Shown here in pieces: positions 9,514 through 19,244 of a stretch of DNA of 64,000 nt. This DNA comes from Candidatus Omnitrophota bacterium (GTDB lineage: Bacteria > Omnitrophota > Omnitrophia > Omnitrophales > Aquincolibacteriaceae): contig JAFGHI010000047.1 of assembly GCA_016930235.1 (NCBI GenBank), forward strand, positions 8,534-72,533, written 5' to 3'. Numbering within the stretch: the stretch's first letter is position 1; each line of letters starts with the position of its first letter. Made by a program: the position numbers and the translations under genes. Under the pieces are notes generated by a model. That model was not told where the DNA came from. It saw only the letters and a program-made list of their open reading frames with translations, and searched no databases.

Positions 9514-10757
9514 GCTGATTTTTTCAATTCCCCTTTTCTGATAAGAACGGGCTCTGTTTTTTTCTCTACAACTTCTTTCGTGATCAAACATTCAGCAACA
9601 TTCGTTTCCGAAGGAACATCGTACATCACATCCAACATCAAGGTTTCAAGAATCGTCCGCAAAGCCCTCGCTCCTGTTCCCTTGCGGATCGCTTGCGTTG
9701 CGATCTCCTCGAGGGCATCTTGTTCAAAGCTAAGCTTAACCCCTTCCATCCTAAACAACTCTTCATATTGTTTTGCAAGAGCATTCTTCGGTTCCGTTAA
9801 AACTCGAACAAGATCCTTTTCGCTCAAGCTATGCAATGTCGAAACGACAGCAAAACGTCCAATAAATTCAGGGATAAAACCAAATTTCAGAAGATCTTCT
9901 GTTTCCACGAAAGACAACATTTCGGACACATAATCATTCTTGGACTTTGAAAAAATCTCGACCCCAAAACCCATCGCTTTTTCTGAAACACGCCTTTCAA
10001 TGATTTTATCCAAATGAGCAAAGGTGCCCCCGCAAATGAAAAGAATATTCTTGGTATTGACTTGGATATACTCCTGCTGGGGATGTTTTCTCCCGCCTTG
10101 CGGCGGGACATTCGCAATTGTCCCCTCCAGCATTTTTAGAAGTGCTTGCTGGACACCTTCCCCCGATACATCCCGGGTGATGGAGACATTCTCCGAGGTC
10201 CGTGCAATTTTATCAATTTCATCAATATAGACAATTCCAAGCTCAGCTCTTTTAACATCAAAATTGGCCGCTTGAAGAAGCCTCAAAAGAACATTTTCAA
10301 CATCTTCCCCCACGTAACCAGCCTCAGTCAAAGTTGTAGCATCGGTAATGGCAAAAGGAACATCCAAAAGTTCTGCTAAAGTTCGGGCAAACAATGTCTT
10401 CCCCGAACCTGTTGGACCAATCAAGAGAATATTGCTTTTTTCAAGTTCAATATCGTCGGTCTTGTCAGAATTTTTAACCCTTTTGTAGTGATTATGAACG
10501 CTAACCGATATCTGCTTCTTCGCTTTTTCTTGCCCAATAACATATTGTTCCAGCTTAGCATTAATCTCTCGTGGCTTAGGGACATGAAGCCCTTCAGACA
10601 CGTTATACTGACGGACGTAACCGGCATGATCCTTCTTTAAGATATCGTAACAAATCCGAACGCAAATATCGCAAATGTAGACCCCGGGCCCTGCGAAAAT
10701 TTTCCGCACATCTTTACGCTTATCGCGTCCGCAAAAGGAACATCTTTCAGAAACCAT
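9510..10757 (-). CDS. clpX: ATP-dependent Clp protease ATP-binding subunit ClpX
   Basis: Zinc-finger N-terminus CSFCG...CDIC, Walker A GPTGSGKT and a DEID Walker B. Start set to ATG at 10757 ([18 protein letters not shown]) because the ORF-track start at 10823 would run through the tRNA-Gln gene. Confidence 0.9.
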   Translation of the reverse strand: MVSERCSFCGRDKRKDVRKIFAGPGVYICDICVRICYDILKKDHAGYVRQYNVSEGLHVPKPREINAKLEQYVIGQEKAKKQISVSVHNHYKRVKNSDKTDDIELEKSNILLIGPTGSGKTLFARTLAELLDVPFAITDATTLTEAGYVGEDVENVLLRLLQAANFDVKRAELGIVYIDEIDKIARTSENVSITRDVSGEGVQQALLKMLEGTIANVPPQGGRKHPQQEYIQVNTKNILFICGGTFAHLDKIIERRVSEKAMGFGVEIFSKSKNDYVSEMLSFVETEDLLKFGFIPEFIGRFAVVSTLHSLSEKDLVRVLTEPKNALAKQYEELFRMEGVKLSFEQDALEEIATQAIRKGTGARALRTILETLMLDVMYDVPSETNVAECLITKEVVEKKTEPVLIRKGELKKSA

Positions 10758-10792
10758 ACTATCACCTAAAGGATTGAATTTTTCCATTCGCA

Positions 10793-10863
10793 CTGCCCGG
10801 CCTGGATTCGAACCAGGAATCATGCCTCCAAAGGGCAGTGTGATACCATTTCACCACCGGGCA
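10793..10863 (-). tRNA. tRNA-Gln (anticodon TTG)
   Basis: Folded by hand into a 71-nt cloverleaf. Acceptor is TGCCCGG/CCGGGCA with a U1:A72 pair and G73. D-stem GTGA/TCAC. Anticodon loop CTTTGGA. T-arm CCTGG-TTCGAAT-CCAGG. No encoded CCA. Confidence 0.75.
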
Positions 10864-10920
10864 ATGATAGATAGATATTAATGCTCAATACTTTAAAAAT
10901 GGCCTAATGAATCACTTCGA

Positions 10921-11871
10921 TTAATACGTGTGGCAAAGAATGATCTTTTTTGATCGACCCATTCGGCTTAGCCTTTTCGCCAAGATAACCCCTTCTCGGC
11001 GACTTGATAAAACAACAAAAATTGTAGGACCACTACCAGACATTCCGACAATACGCCCCCCTAAAGATTTAATCTTCGCTATATCCTTCTGAAGGGAAGG
11101 CCTTAAAAAAAAGGCTGGTGGCTCTAAGTCATTTTGAAGAGGCACTGCTTTATAAAGACAGTCCTCTCCCTTCAAAAAATTGGTGATAAGTCTAGCAATG
11201 CTAAGGGCTTTTGTCAAGGAAGCGGAAGGCAACTTACGAGGTAATGTTTGATAAACTTTCTTGGTGCTAAGTCCTTTCTTTGAAAGCACTAAGAGAAACC
11301 ATGTTTTCTTTTTAACAGTGTATTTCCTAAGGCGCTCTCCAACTCCTGTTCCCAGGGCCTGATTAACATTCATCAAGAAGAACGGAACATCTGCTCCAAG
11401 ACTCTTACCAAGGGCCATTAATTTCTTCTGAGGTAGCTTCAAACGGTAAAGTTTGATCACGCCTAAGAGAAAACTTGCAGCATTACTCGACCCGCCCCCA
11501 AGCCCTGCCTCGAGAAAGATGTTTTTCTTAAGGGTTACCTGGACCCCCTTGATTTGTGGGAATTCCCTTTTGAGCAGCCGGTACGCCTGGGTGATTAGAT
11601 TCTCTTCCCCACAATCCAGACGAATCCCCTGACATTTCAAACCAAAACCTTCCGGAATGCGTTTCAACACCAAGTTATCACAGAGCGATATCCGATGAAA
11701 AAGAGTCACTAACTCATGATAACCATCGGGCAAACGACGGATAATTTTAAGAAAAAGATTTAATTTTGAGGGACTTTTAATTTTTATTGTTTGCACAGCT
11801 CGCACGGCAGGGTTCAATGACCGAAAGCAGCAAGCGACACCTTCTTTCCCGGTGCCGCTTACTACTTTCAT
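10921..11871 (-). CDS. ispE: 4-diphosphocytidyl-2-C-methyl-D-erythritol kinase
   Basis: 316 aa. GHMP-kinase motifs KSPSKLNLFLKI and AGLGGGSSNAASFL. The true start is probably downstream of the ORF-track start. Confidence 0.8.
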   Translation of the reverse strand: MKVVSGTGKEGVACCFRSLNPAVRAVQTIKIKSPSKLNLFLKIIRRLPDGYHELVTLFHRISLCDNLVLKRIPEGFGLKCQGIRLDCGEENLITQAYRLLKREFPQIKGVQVTLKKNIFLEAGLGGGSSNAASFLLGVIKLYRLKLPQKKLMALGKSLGADVPFFLMNVNQALGTGVGERLRKYTVKKKTWFLLVLSKKGLSTKKVYQTLPRKLPSASLTKALSIARLITNFLKGEDCLYKAVPLQNDLEPPAFFLRPSLQKDIAKIKSLGGRIVGMSGSGPTIFVVLSSRREGVILAKRLSRMGRSKKIILCHTY

Positions 11872-11892
11872 TGTTCGATCAACTACTCTATT

Positions 11893-11991
11893 TTATGACC
11901 AAGCTTTCTTTTTGTGACGATGTTTCCGTAGCTTCTTTTTCCTTTTATGCTTGTTCATTTTTCTCTTGCGCTGTTTGCGCGCCCACGGCAT
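11893..11991 (-). CDS. Very small basic protein MPWARKQRKRKMNKHKRKKKLRKHRHKKKAWS (32 aa), resembling tiny ribosomal protein bS22
   Basis: Found by hand; it is below the ORF-track size cutoff. ATG at 11991 is preceded by SD AAAGGAGA about 8 nt upstream. TAA stop at 11893-11895. Sits in the 142-bp gap between hisG and ispE. Confidence 0.45.
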   Translation of the reverse strand: MPWARKQRKRKMNKHKRKKKLRKHRHKKKAWS

Positions 11992-12013
11992 AGATAGATC
12001 TCCTTTTGATTTT

Positions 12014-12886
12014 TTAGGGGATAACTTTATTTAAAGGATATTCAATGATTCCGGAGGCCCCTGCTTTTTTCAAGGCAGGGATCAGTTCTCGAACAACCGC
12101 TTCATCAATAATGGTCTCGACATCAAACCACCCTTTCTCAGAAAGGCTTGAAATAGTCGGCTTTTTCATGGCAGGCAACAAACCAAGAATATTCTTGAGA
12201 TCCTTCTTCGAGACGTTCATTTTCAGGCCAACCTTATTTTGAGCCCTAATCGCCCCTTTAAGAAGCATCACAATACTCTCCATTTTCTTACGCTTCCAGG
12301 GATCCTTATAACTTTTGCGGTTGGCAATAAATTTGGTTACCGAAGTCAAAACAGTATCAATCACTCTCAGATGATTTGCCCGCAAACTGGATCCCGTCTC
12401 CGTTGCTTCAACAATCGCATCTGCCAACTGAGGTGGCTTCACCTCAGTCGCCCCCCAGGAAAACTCAACCTCCGCATCCACTTTGCGTTTGTTCAGAAAT
12501 TTCTTCGTCACATTGACAAGCTCCGTGGCAATCTTCTTGCCTTGAAGATCTTTGACTTTTTGAAAGGGCGAGTTTTCGTGAACGGCTAAAACCCATTGGA
12601 CTGGGTTATTTGTCCTTTTCGAATATTGAAGGTCACAAAGTTCCTCGACGCGGGAACCATTTTCAACAATCCAATCATATCCTGTTAAGCCGCAATCGAC
12701 GACACCATCTTCAATGTAGCGGGGCATTTCCTGAGGCCGAAAAAGGGTTACTTCAATCTCAGGATCATCAACAGTAGGATAATAAGACCGATTGCTCACA
12801 CTGAGGGTAAACCCAGCTTTCCTAAAAAGCTGGTAGGTTGCTTCTTCTAAACTCCCTTTGGGTAACGCAATTTTAAGTTTTTCCAT
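12014..12886 (-). CDS. hisG: ATP phosphoribosyltransferase, long form with C-terminal regulatory domain
   Basis: 290 aa. Matches long HisG from memory, e.g. LLPAMKKPTISSL and LKKAGASGIIEYPLNKV. Confidence 0.85.
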   Translation of the reverse strand: MEKLKIALPKGSLEEATYQLFRKAGFTLSVSNRSYYPTVDDPEIEVTLFRPQEMPRYIEDGVVDCGLTGYDWIVENGSRVEELCDLQYSKRTNNPVQWVLAVHENSPFQKVKDLQGKKIATELVNVTKKFLNKRKVDAEVEFSWGATEVKPPQLADAIVEATETGSSLRANHLRVIDTVLTSVTKFIANRKSYKDPWKRKKMESIVMLLKGAIRAQNKVGLKMNVSKKDLKNILGLLPAMKKPTISSLSEKGWFDVETIIDEAVVRELIPALKKAGASGIIEYPLNKVIP

Positions 12887-12947
12887 CAGGCGTGGATTCT
12901 ATCTTTTTGGGTCCCTGGTGTCAATACGCGCCTCTCCACACCTTTTT

Positions 12948-13385
12948 CTAGGATGAGGGGTGCGATATCCTCGGAAAAACCACAAGAATGATTAGTGTAA
13001 TAACTGTCGTAACCACTGCCGGGAAATATTCACCGAGACCACAAGCCAAACCTATTCCGGCCGCTGCCCATACCCCTGCCGCTGTTGTCAGTCCCTTAAC
13101 ACCTTTTGGAAAACGTATAATAGCTCCCGCTCCCAAAAAGCCGATTCCTGTTACAACTTGAGCAGCAATACGAGAAGGATCTACAGGCCCGGATGCCCGA
13201 AAAAGAAGATGAATCTTCCAAGAAATGATCATCATCAAACAAGACCCCACACAAACAAGAGCGTGTGTCCGAAAACCTGCATCTTTCCCGTGCTTTTCCC
13301 TTTCGAAACCGATAATACCCCCCAAAATAGCTGCAATAAGCAACCGGAGAGATATATCAAAATATTCCAACGATATTTCAATCAT
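12948..13385 (-). CDS. MgtC/SapB family membrane protein
   Basis: 145 aa, 4 TM. LRLLIAAILGGIIGFEREKHGKDAGFRTHALV is the MgtC signature. Confidence 0.7.
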   Translation of the reverse strand: MIEISLEYFDISLRLLIAAILGGIIGFEREKHGKDAGFRTHALVCVGSCLMMIISWKIHLLFRASGPVDPSRIAAQVVTGIGFLGAGAIIRFPKGVKGLTTAAGVWAAAGIGLACGLGEYFPAVVTTVITLIILVVFPRISHPSS

Positions 13386-13431
13386 ACTTAAACCTCCTTG
13401 TTACACGTCCTAAAAATTCCTTAATCTGAAT

Positions 13432-14517
13432 TTACGATTTACCTCCAAGAACAAGATTGGGGACACCCGAAAGAGTCATTTCAGATCGTTTGCCATTTCG
13501 GTAAAGTTCGACTCCCCGCCGCGCAATCATCGCAGCATTATCAACGGTAAGAGACAATGGCGGGAAATAAATTTTGAGCCCTTCTTCCCTTGCTACTTCC
13601 TGCAATTGTGCCCTAAGGTAAGTATTAGCGCTCACGCCTCCTCCAACAGCAATTGTTTTAACCTTCTTGTCTTTTGCCGCTGCAACAGTTTTTTGAACAA
13701 CCCATTGGGTCACTGCATGTTGAAAACTTGCCGCCAAATCTCGAAGCCAGGGGGCTTCCTCTTGCTGAGAAGGTTTAATATAAACACTTTCTTTTGACCG
13801 TCCTTTTCTTATCGATTTCCCTATTTGTTTTATATCTCTTCTCTCAAAATTTTTCTTCTCAACAAAATATAAAACAGCGGTCTTAATTCCACTGAAGCTG
13901 AAATCAAAAGGATTGGTTTGTTTTGGTTTTGTAAAAGGAATTGCGCGAGGATCACCTTTGATAGCAAGCTCCTCAATGGCAGGTCCGCCCGGATAACCTA
14001 GCCCCAAAATCTTGGCCACTTTATCGAAAGCTTCTCCAATGGCATCGTCGACCGTTGAACCTAGCAAACAAATCTTTCCGTGCTCATGATAGGTTAAACT
14101 CGTATGCCCTCCTGAAACTAATAACCCAATATATTTTTCCGGTTCAGGTTGATCAATAAAATTTGCCAAGAGATGAGCTTCCAAATGATTGACGCCAATC
14201 AAAGGAATACCTAAAGCATAGCTTAGGGCCTTTGCAAAGGAAACCCCTACGAATAAAGATCCGATCAACCCCGGGCCCTGAGTTGCTGCAATTAAATCAA
14301 TATCAGATGGCTGAATCCTGGCTTCCTTAAGCGCTTCATGATAAACAGCATCGATTTGTTCTAAGCAATGCCGGGAAGCAATTTCGGGGACAACACCCCC
14401 AAATTCTTGATGCCTAAAAAGACTGGAAGAAACAATGTTCGATAAAATCCGAGAATCATCTTCTAGGATCGCGCAGGAAGTCTCATCACAGGAAGTTTCA
14501 ACGCCCAGAGTTAACAT
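13432..14517 (-). CDS. tsaD: tRNA N6-adenosine threonylcarbamoyltransferase TsaD (Kae1/YgjD family)
   Basis: 361 aa. MLTLGVETSCDETSCAIL and a conserved HxxxH metal site. Confidence 0.9.
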   Translation of the reverse strand: MLTLGVETSCDETSCAILEDDSRILSNIVSSSLFRHQEFGGVVPEIASRHCLEQIDAVYHEALKEARIQPSDIDLIAATQGPGLIGSLFVGVSFAKALSYALGIPLIGVNHLEAHLLANFIDQPEPEKYIGLLVSGGHTSLTYHEHGKICLLGSTVDDAIGEAFDKVAKILGLGYPGGPAIEELAIKGDPRAIPFTKPKQTNPFDFSFSGIKTAVLYFVEKKNFERRDIKQIGKSIRKGRSKESVYIKPSQQEEAPWLRDLAASFQHAVTQWVVQKTVAAAKDKKVKTIAVGGGVSANTYLRAQLQEVAREEGLKIYFPPLSLTVDNAAMIARRGVELYRNGKRSEMTLSGVPNLVLGGKS

Positions 14518-15971
14518 CAGCCGCCCAATTTTTTAACAAGTATCTCGTTAACTAGCTGAGGATTTGCTTTACCCTTTGTTTCTTTCATGATTTGTCCAAC
14601 AAAAAAAGCCAAAGCTTTCTTCTTGCCAGCCCGGTAATCCTCAACAAGAACAGGATTGGCCTGAACAATCTTATCCGCAAGATCTTCAAGTAACTGAGCA
14701 TCATTTACTTGAGTCAGCCCTCTTGACTGAACAATATCCGCAGCGCTTTTCATCGTCTCAAACATAAGCGGGAGAATTTCTTTAGCAATTTTCCCGCTAA
14801 TCGTTTTATCTTCGATAAGCCGTAACATCCCCAATAAATCCTTGGGTTGAACCGGCGAATCCTTTACAGAAATGCATTTAGCATTCAGTAAAGCCAACAC
14901 CTCAGAAAGTATCCAATTACAGGCCGTTTTAGGATCGGAACCTTCCTTAACGCAAGCTTCAAAATAATTCGCAAGTGCCTTCTCTTGAGTCAGAACAGAG
15001 GCATCATAGGCAGACAGTTGATAGTCATCTTGAAATCTCTTTGCGCGAGCTGCCGGAAGTTCAGGTAACGCTTTTTGAATGGAGTCCATCATTTCACGAG
15101 CAATCCGGAATGGAACGAGGTCAGGCTCCGGGAAATAACGGTAATCATGCGCTTCTTCTTTTGACCGCATCGAAAATGTTTGTCCGGAAGTCTCGTCCCA
15201 TAATCGCGTCTCTTGTAAAATTTTCTCCCCTTGTGCGGCCATTTCCATTTGACGGCCAATTTCATAGTTAAGTGCTCGTTCCACAGCACGAAACGAATTC
15301 ATATTTTTAATTTCTGTCTTTGTCCCCAATTTCATTTCTCCAACTGGCCGCACAGAAATATTGGCATCACATCTCAAGCTTCCCTCTTCCATATTACAGT
15401 CGCTGACTTCAAGGTACTCGAGAATCATCTTGAGCGTTTTAAGATATTCGTAAGCTTCTTTGGGGGAATAAATCTCAGGTTCCGAAACAATTTCTAGAAG
15501 CGGAGTGCCGGCACGATTGTAGTCAACGAGACTACCGTCTTTCACACCTTCATGGAGAAGTTTACCTGCATCCTCCTCTAAGTGGGCGCGTGTAATTCCA
15601 ATCTTCTTTTTTTGAATCTCTTTGCCGTTCTGAATTTCTATCTCCACCCAGCCGAGTTTATTGACCGGCATATCATATTGCGAAATTTGATAAGCTTTGG
15701 GCAAATCAGGATAAAAATAATTTTTCCGATCAAACTTAATTTTCTCACTGACCTGGCAATGAAGGGCCAATCCAACTCTGACTGCTAGCTTTAAGGCTTC
15801 TTCATTCAAAACGGGCAACGAACCAGGCCATCCCATGCAGACCGGGCACGTATTTTGGTTGGGCGCCTCTCCAAATTGAGTTGAGCAGGCACAAAATAAC
15901 TTCGACTTTGTGCTGAGCTGGACATGAACTTCAAGCCCTATAACGGGCTCATACTGAATTTTTGTATTCAT
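14517..15971 (-). CDS. gatB: Asp-tRNA(Asn)/Glu-tRNA(Gln) amidotransferase subunit B
   Basis: 484 aa. YEPVIGLEVHVQL and GatB/YqeY C-terminal domain. Confidence 0.9.
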   Translation of the reverse strand: MNTKIQYEPVIGLEVHVQLSTKSKLFCACSTQFGEAPNQNTCPVCMGWPGSLPVLNEEALKLAVRVGLALHCQVSEKIKFDRKNYFYPDLPKAYQISQYDMPVNKLGWVEIEIQNGKEIQKKKIGITRAHLEEDAGKLLHEGVKDGSLVDYNRAGTPLLEIVSEPEIYSPKEAYEYLKTLKMILEYLEVSDCNMEEGSLRCDANISVRPVGEMKLGTKTEIKNMNSFRAVERALNYEIGRQMEMAAQGEKILQETRLWDETSGQTFSMRSKEEAHDYRYFPEPDLVPFRIAREMMDSIQKALPELPAARAKRFQDDYQLSAYDASVLTQEKALANYFEACVKEGSDPKTACNWILSEVLALLNAKCISVKDSPVQPKDLLGMLRLIEDKTISGKIAKEILPLMFETMKSAADIVQSRGLTQVNDAQLLEDLADKIVQANPVLVEDYRAGKKKALAFFVGQIMKETKGKANPQLVNEILVKKLGG

Positions 15972-15989
15972 TTTCGAGTGGTGAATCGA

Positions 15990-17429
15990 TTATAACTTCG
16001 GTTTCCTTTTGTAAATTCTGATTTCTTGTTCAAGAGCAAAGGCCGCCCGGAAAATACCTTCTTCATCAAAAGGCTTGGCCATCAATTGGACCCCGATGGG
16101 GAGCCCCTTTTCAGTAAATCCGCAGGGCAACGACATCGCGGGAATGCCTACTAGATTCGCAGGAATAGTAAAGATATCCGATAAATACATAGCAAGTGGA
16201 TCGCTTATCTTTTCATTAATCTTAAAAGCAGGGGTCGGTGATGTTGGAGTTAAAATAAGATCGACTTCCTTAAAAGCTTCCTCAAAATCTTTCCTGATTA
16301 AGGTGCGAACCTTTTGTCCTTTACGGTAATACGCTTCATAATACCCAGCAGATAAAACAAAGTTGCCCAAAAGAATCCGGCGTTTTGCTTCTTCACCGAA
16401 ACCTTGATTGCGAGTTTCAAAATACATCTCCAGTAAATTTTTCCCTGGGGCCCGTAAACCATATTGGACACCATCAAAACGCCCCAAATTTGAACTGGCC
16501 TCGGCCACTGCAACAATATAGTACACAGCCACAGCATAAGCCGTATGGGGCAAGGAAATTGTTTTAATCTGTGCTCCCAATTGCTTCAAAACATTGGCCG
16601 CCTCACGAACTTTTGTCTCGACTTCGGGATCAATCCCTTCAACAAAATACTCTTTCGGTAACCCTATCCTCAACCCTTTCACATTTCGCGCCAAGGCCTT
16701 CGTATAATCCGGAACGGTTTGATTCACGGATGTGGAATCATGAGGATCAAAACCCGAAATTAAATTCATCAAAATTGCGGAATCCTCGACCGTCTTGGTG
16801 ATGGGACCAATCTGATCAAAACTCGATCCGAAAGCGATCAAACCATACCGGGATACCCGGCCATACGTTGGTTTTAATCCCACCACGCCGCACAAGGCTG
16901 CAGGCTGGCGGATTGATCCTCCTGTATCACTCCCCAAAGCTGCAATCGTCATATCGGCGGCCACAGCAACCGCAGATCCTCCGCTTGAACCTCCCGGAAC
17001 TCTTTCTATATCCCAAGGATTTTTGACGGCCCCATACGCTGAGGTTTCACAGGACGATCCAAACGCAAATTCGTCCATATTGCACTGCCCTAAGAAGAAA
17101 GCTCCAGCATCACCCAATTTACGAATTACTGTTGCATCGTACGGTGGGACATGCCCCCGTAAAATCTTGGAAGCACATGTGGTTTCGCATCCATGGATGC
17201 AAATATTATCTTTGACCGAAAGAGGGGCGCCCGACAATACACCTTTAAAGTCTTCTGATTTCCGACTTTTTTTAAGAAAATGTTCTGGTTCAAACCTCAC
17301 AAAAGCATTCAAGCGCGGATTTAATAAGGCCGTTCGATCGATCACGGCTCGGATAATTTCCCAAGGACCCTCGGCTTTTGCAACGTCAATCGCCTCTTTC
17401 AGAGTTAATTCATACAATTGTTTTTCCAT
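15990..17429 (-). CDS. gatA: Glutamyl-tRNA(Gln) amidotransferase subunit A
   Basis: 479 aa. Amidase signature GGSSGGSAVAVAA and Ser-cisSer-Lys triad context. Confidence 0.9.
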   Translation of the reverse strand: MEKQLYELTLKEAIDVAKAEGPWEIIRAVIDRTALLNPRLNAFVRFEPEHFLKKSRKSEDFKGVLSGAPLSVKDNICIHGCETTCASKILRGHVPPYDATVIRKLGDAGAFFLGQCNMDEFAFGSSCETSAYGAVKNPWDIERVPGGSSGGSAVAVAADMTIAALGSDTGGSIRQPAALCGVVGLKPTYGRVSRYGLIAFGSSFDQIGPITKTVEDSAILMNLISGFDPHDSTSVNQTVPDYTKALARNVKGLRIGLPKEYFVEGIDPEVETKVREAANVLKQLGAQIKTISLPHTAYAVAVYYIVAVAEASSNLGRFDGVQYGLRAPGKNLLEMYFETRNQGFGEEAKRRILLGNFVLSAGYYEAYYRKGQKVRTLIRKDFEEAFKEVDLILTPTSPTPAFKINEKISDPLAMYLSDIFTIPANLVGIPAMSLPCGFTEKGLPIGVQLMAKPFDEEGIFRAAFALEQEIRIYKRKPKL

Positions 17430-17441
17430 AATGTGCTCGAA

Positions 17442-17735
17442 TTACTCCTTATCAACAACTTTGGGTACTTTAAAAAAAGGCCCTTCGACACACGGCGCAC
17501 GGCTGATAACTTCATCACGAATATTTATTCTTGTGACATCATCTTTCCGGAAGACATTTTCAAGATCCAACACATGGCTCGTAGGTTCAATATCGCCCGT
17601 CTTTAAATCCCCAAGGGTTTTGATGTATCCCAAGATGGACTCGATATCTTTTCTCAGCTTTTTCAGCTCCTCTGGCTTGAGACTAAGCCTCGACAATTGA
17701 GCAATCTTTTCTATTTCAAACTCCATAAAATCCAC
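17442..17735 (-). CDS. gatC: Glutamyl-tRNA(Gln) amidotransferase subunit C
   Basis: 97 aa. Head of the gatCAB operon. Confidence 0.85.
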   Translation of the reverse strand: MDFMEFEIEKIAQLSRLSLKPEELKKLRKDIESILGYIKTLGDLKTGDIEPTSHVLDLENVFRKDDVTRINIRDEVISRAPCVEGPFFKVPKVVDKE

Positions 17736-18069
17736 CTTTCATACTAAGCACCTTAAACCGCCTACGCATAATCCTTGGGATCAGGCAAAAACTAACATAG
17801 CCCGCTCGTCCTGTCAAATTGATCCCAAAAAGTACTTTAACTTCAAAACTCGATCCGTTTTCAAGAAAAAACTTCGACAGCCACTTTTAAAAAGTTTCTT
17901 ACAAATGAAATCCCCTTTTTGCATGTAATTTTTTCATTTTTTTTCGATAAAACCGTTCAGCGAAATAAAAATAATGTCGTTAGATTCAAGTAGAGAATAA
18001 TGCACCAAAAGTGGTTCCATAAACCAAATGAAAAGCTTTTGAGTCTCGAATAACCGAAAAGGAGATAAA

Positions 18070-18129
18070 ATGGCTAAGAAAAAAACCAAAAAAAGGAAAA
18101 AGCGACCGAAAAAGAAAAAAAGAAGATAA
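18070..18129 (+). CDS. 19-codon poly-Lys/Arg micro-ORF MAKKKTKKRKKRPKKKKRR
   Basis: AAGGAGATAAAATG gives an AGGAG SD 6 nt upstream. TAA stop at 18127-18129. A terminator hairpin follows 24 nt downstream. Confidence 0.4.
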   Translation: MAKKKTKKRKKRPKKKKRR

Positions 18130-18152
18130 CACTCTCAATAACCATCAAACAC

Positions 18153-18180
18153 AAAAGGCTGACTTTCAGTCAGCCTTTTG
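18153..18180. terminator. Bidirectional intrinsic terminator between the micro-ORF (+) and the aldo/keto reductase (-)
   Basis: Perfect palindrome AAAAGGCTGAC-TTTCA-GTCAGCCTTTT with A and T runs on both sides. It lies between convergent genes. Confidence 0.65.
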
Positions 18181-18211
18181 TGTTCTTAAGCAACTTTTCT
18201 TAACTCATAAC

Positions 18212-19222
18212 TTATCCGGTCGAAGGAACAGGGATATTTCGAGGCGGCCCCATAAATTCTGTTCCAACCGGATTTGGAATTCCTGATTCAACAATCTTTT
18301 CTATCTCTCTCATTTGTTCCGAAGTCAACTCAACCAAACAAGCCTTTGCATTGGCTTTTGCCTGGACCGCATCACGCGCTCCAGCTAGAGCAACGGTTAC
18401 ACCTGGTTTGAGCGTCGCCCAACGAATCGCCATGGCGGCTACATCAACTTGAATTGAATCCGCATATGCCTTCAGTTCACGAGTGACCTGAAGATAGTGC
18501 TCAAACCGGCCGGGCTGAAACTTTGGATCAATAACCCGAACATCTCCTTTTTGAAAAACCTTTTTCGTATCGAACTTATTAGTCAATAACCCCCGGCAAA
18601 GCGCGCCATAAGTAACAACGGCTATTTCCTTCTTTCGACAATAGCTCAAGAGATCGTTCTCAATATCTCGTTCAAATAGATTAAACGGAGGCTGCAGGCT
18701 ATGGATACAACCTCCTTTCATACCCTCTTCGAGATGTGGAATATCAAAATTACTGACACCGATGCCCCGTATCCAACCTCTTACAAAAAACTCACCGAGA
18801 AGTTCAACCGTTTCACAGAAAGGGACTGACTCATCAGGCCAATGGATCTGATAGAGATCAATGACATCGGTCTGCAAGCGCTTACGACTACTGTCTATTT
18901 CTTTTCGAATCCGCTTGGCCTTCGAATTCCGACGAATCATTCCGTTTGTTTCGTTCCATTCAAGACCACATTTCGTAGCTACAACAACCCGGTCACGAAC
19001 ACCCAATCGCTTAATAACTTTGCCCACAACTTGCTCTGATCGCCCAAACCCATACACCGGTGCCGTGTCAATAAAGTTAATCCCCGCTTCTATCGAAGCC
19101 TCAATGGCACCTTCACTGTCTTCATCGCGAGCCCCTCCCCACAACCATCCACCCATCACCCAAGTTCCAAGGCCGACAGGCGAGACTTTAAAGTTTAGTT
19201 TTCCAAACGGACGATATTCCAT
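18212..19222 (-). CDS. Aldo/keto reductase family oxidoreductase
   Basis: 336 aa. AKR N-terminus VSPVGLGTWVMGG and IDTAPVYGFGRSEQVVGK. Confidence 0.8.
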   Translation of the reverse strand: MEYRPFGKLNFKVSPVGLGTWVMGGWLWGGARDEDSEGAIEASIEAGINFIDTAPVYGFGRSEQVVGKVIKRLGVRDRVVVATKCGLEWNETNGMIRRNSKAKRIRKEIDSSRKRLQTDVIDLYQIHWPDESVPFCETVELLGEFFVRGWIRGIGVSNFDIPHLEEGMKGGCIHSLQPPFNLFERDIENDLLSYCRKKEIAVVTYGALCRGLLTNKFDTKKVFQKGDVRVIDPKFQPGRFEHYLQVTRELKAYADSIQVDVAAMAIRWATLKPGVTVALAGARDAVQAKANAKACLVELTSEQMREIEKIVESGIPNPVGTEFMGPPRNIPVPSTG

Positions 19223-19244
19223 AGATTTTTTACAGGCTTTGGCT

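Noticed and set aside
17736-18069. Riboswitch or leader structure upstream of the 19-aa micro-ORF
   Set aside because: AT-rich, with no convincing conserved riboswitch core that I could recognise. The promoter elements are ambiguous, so only the SD, ORF and terminator are reported.
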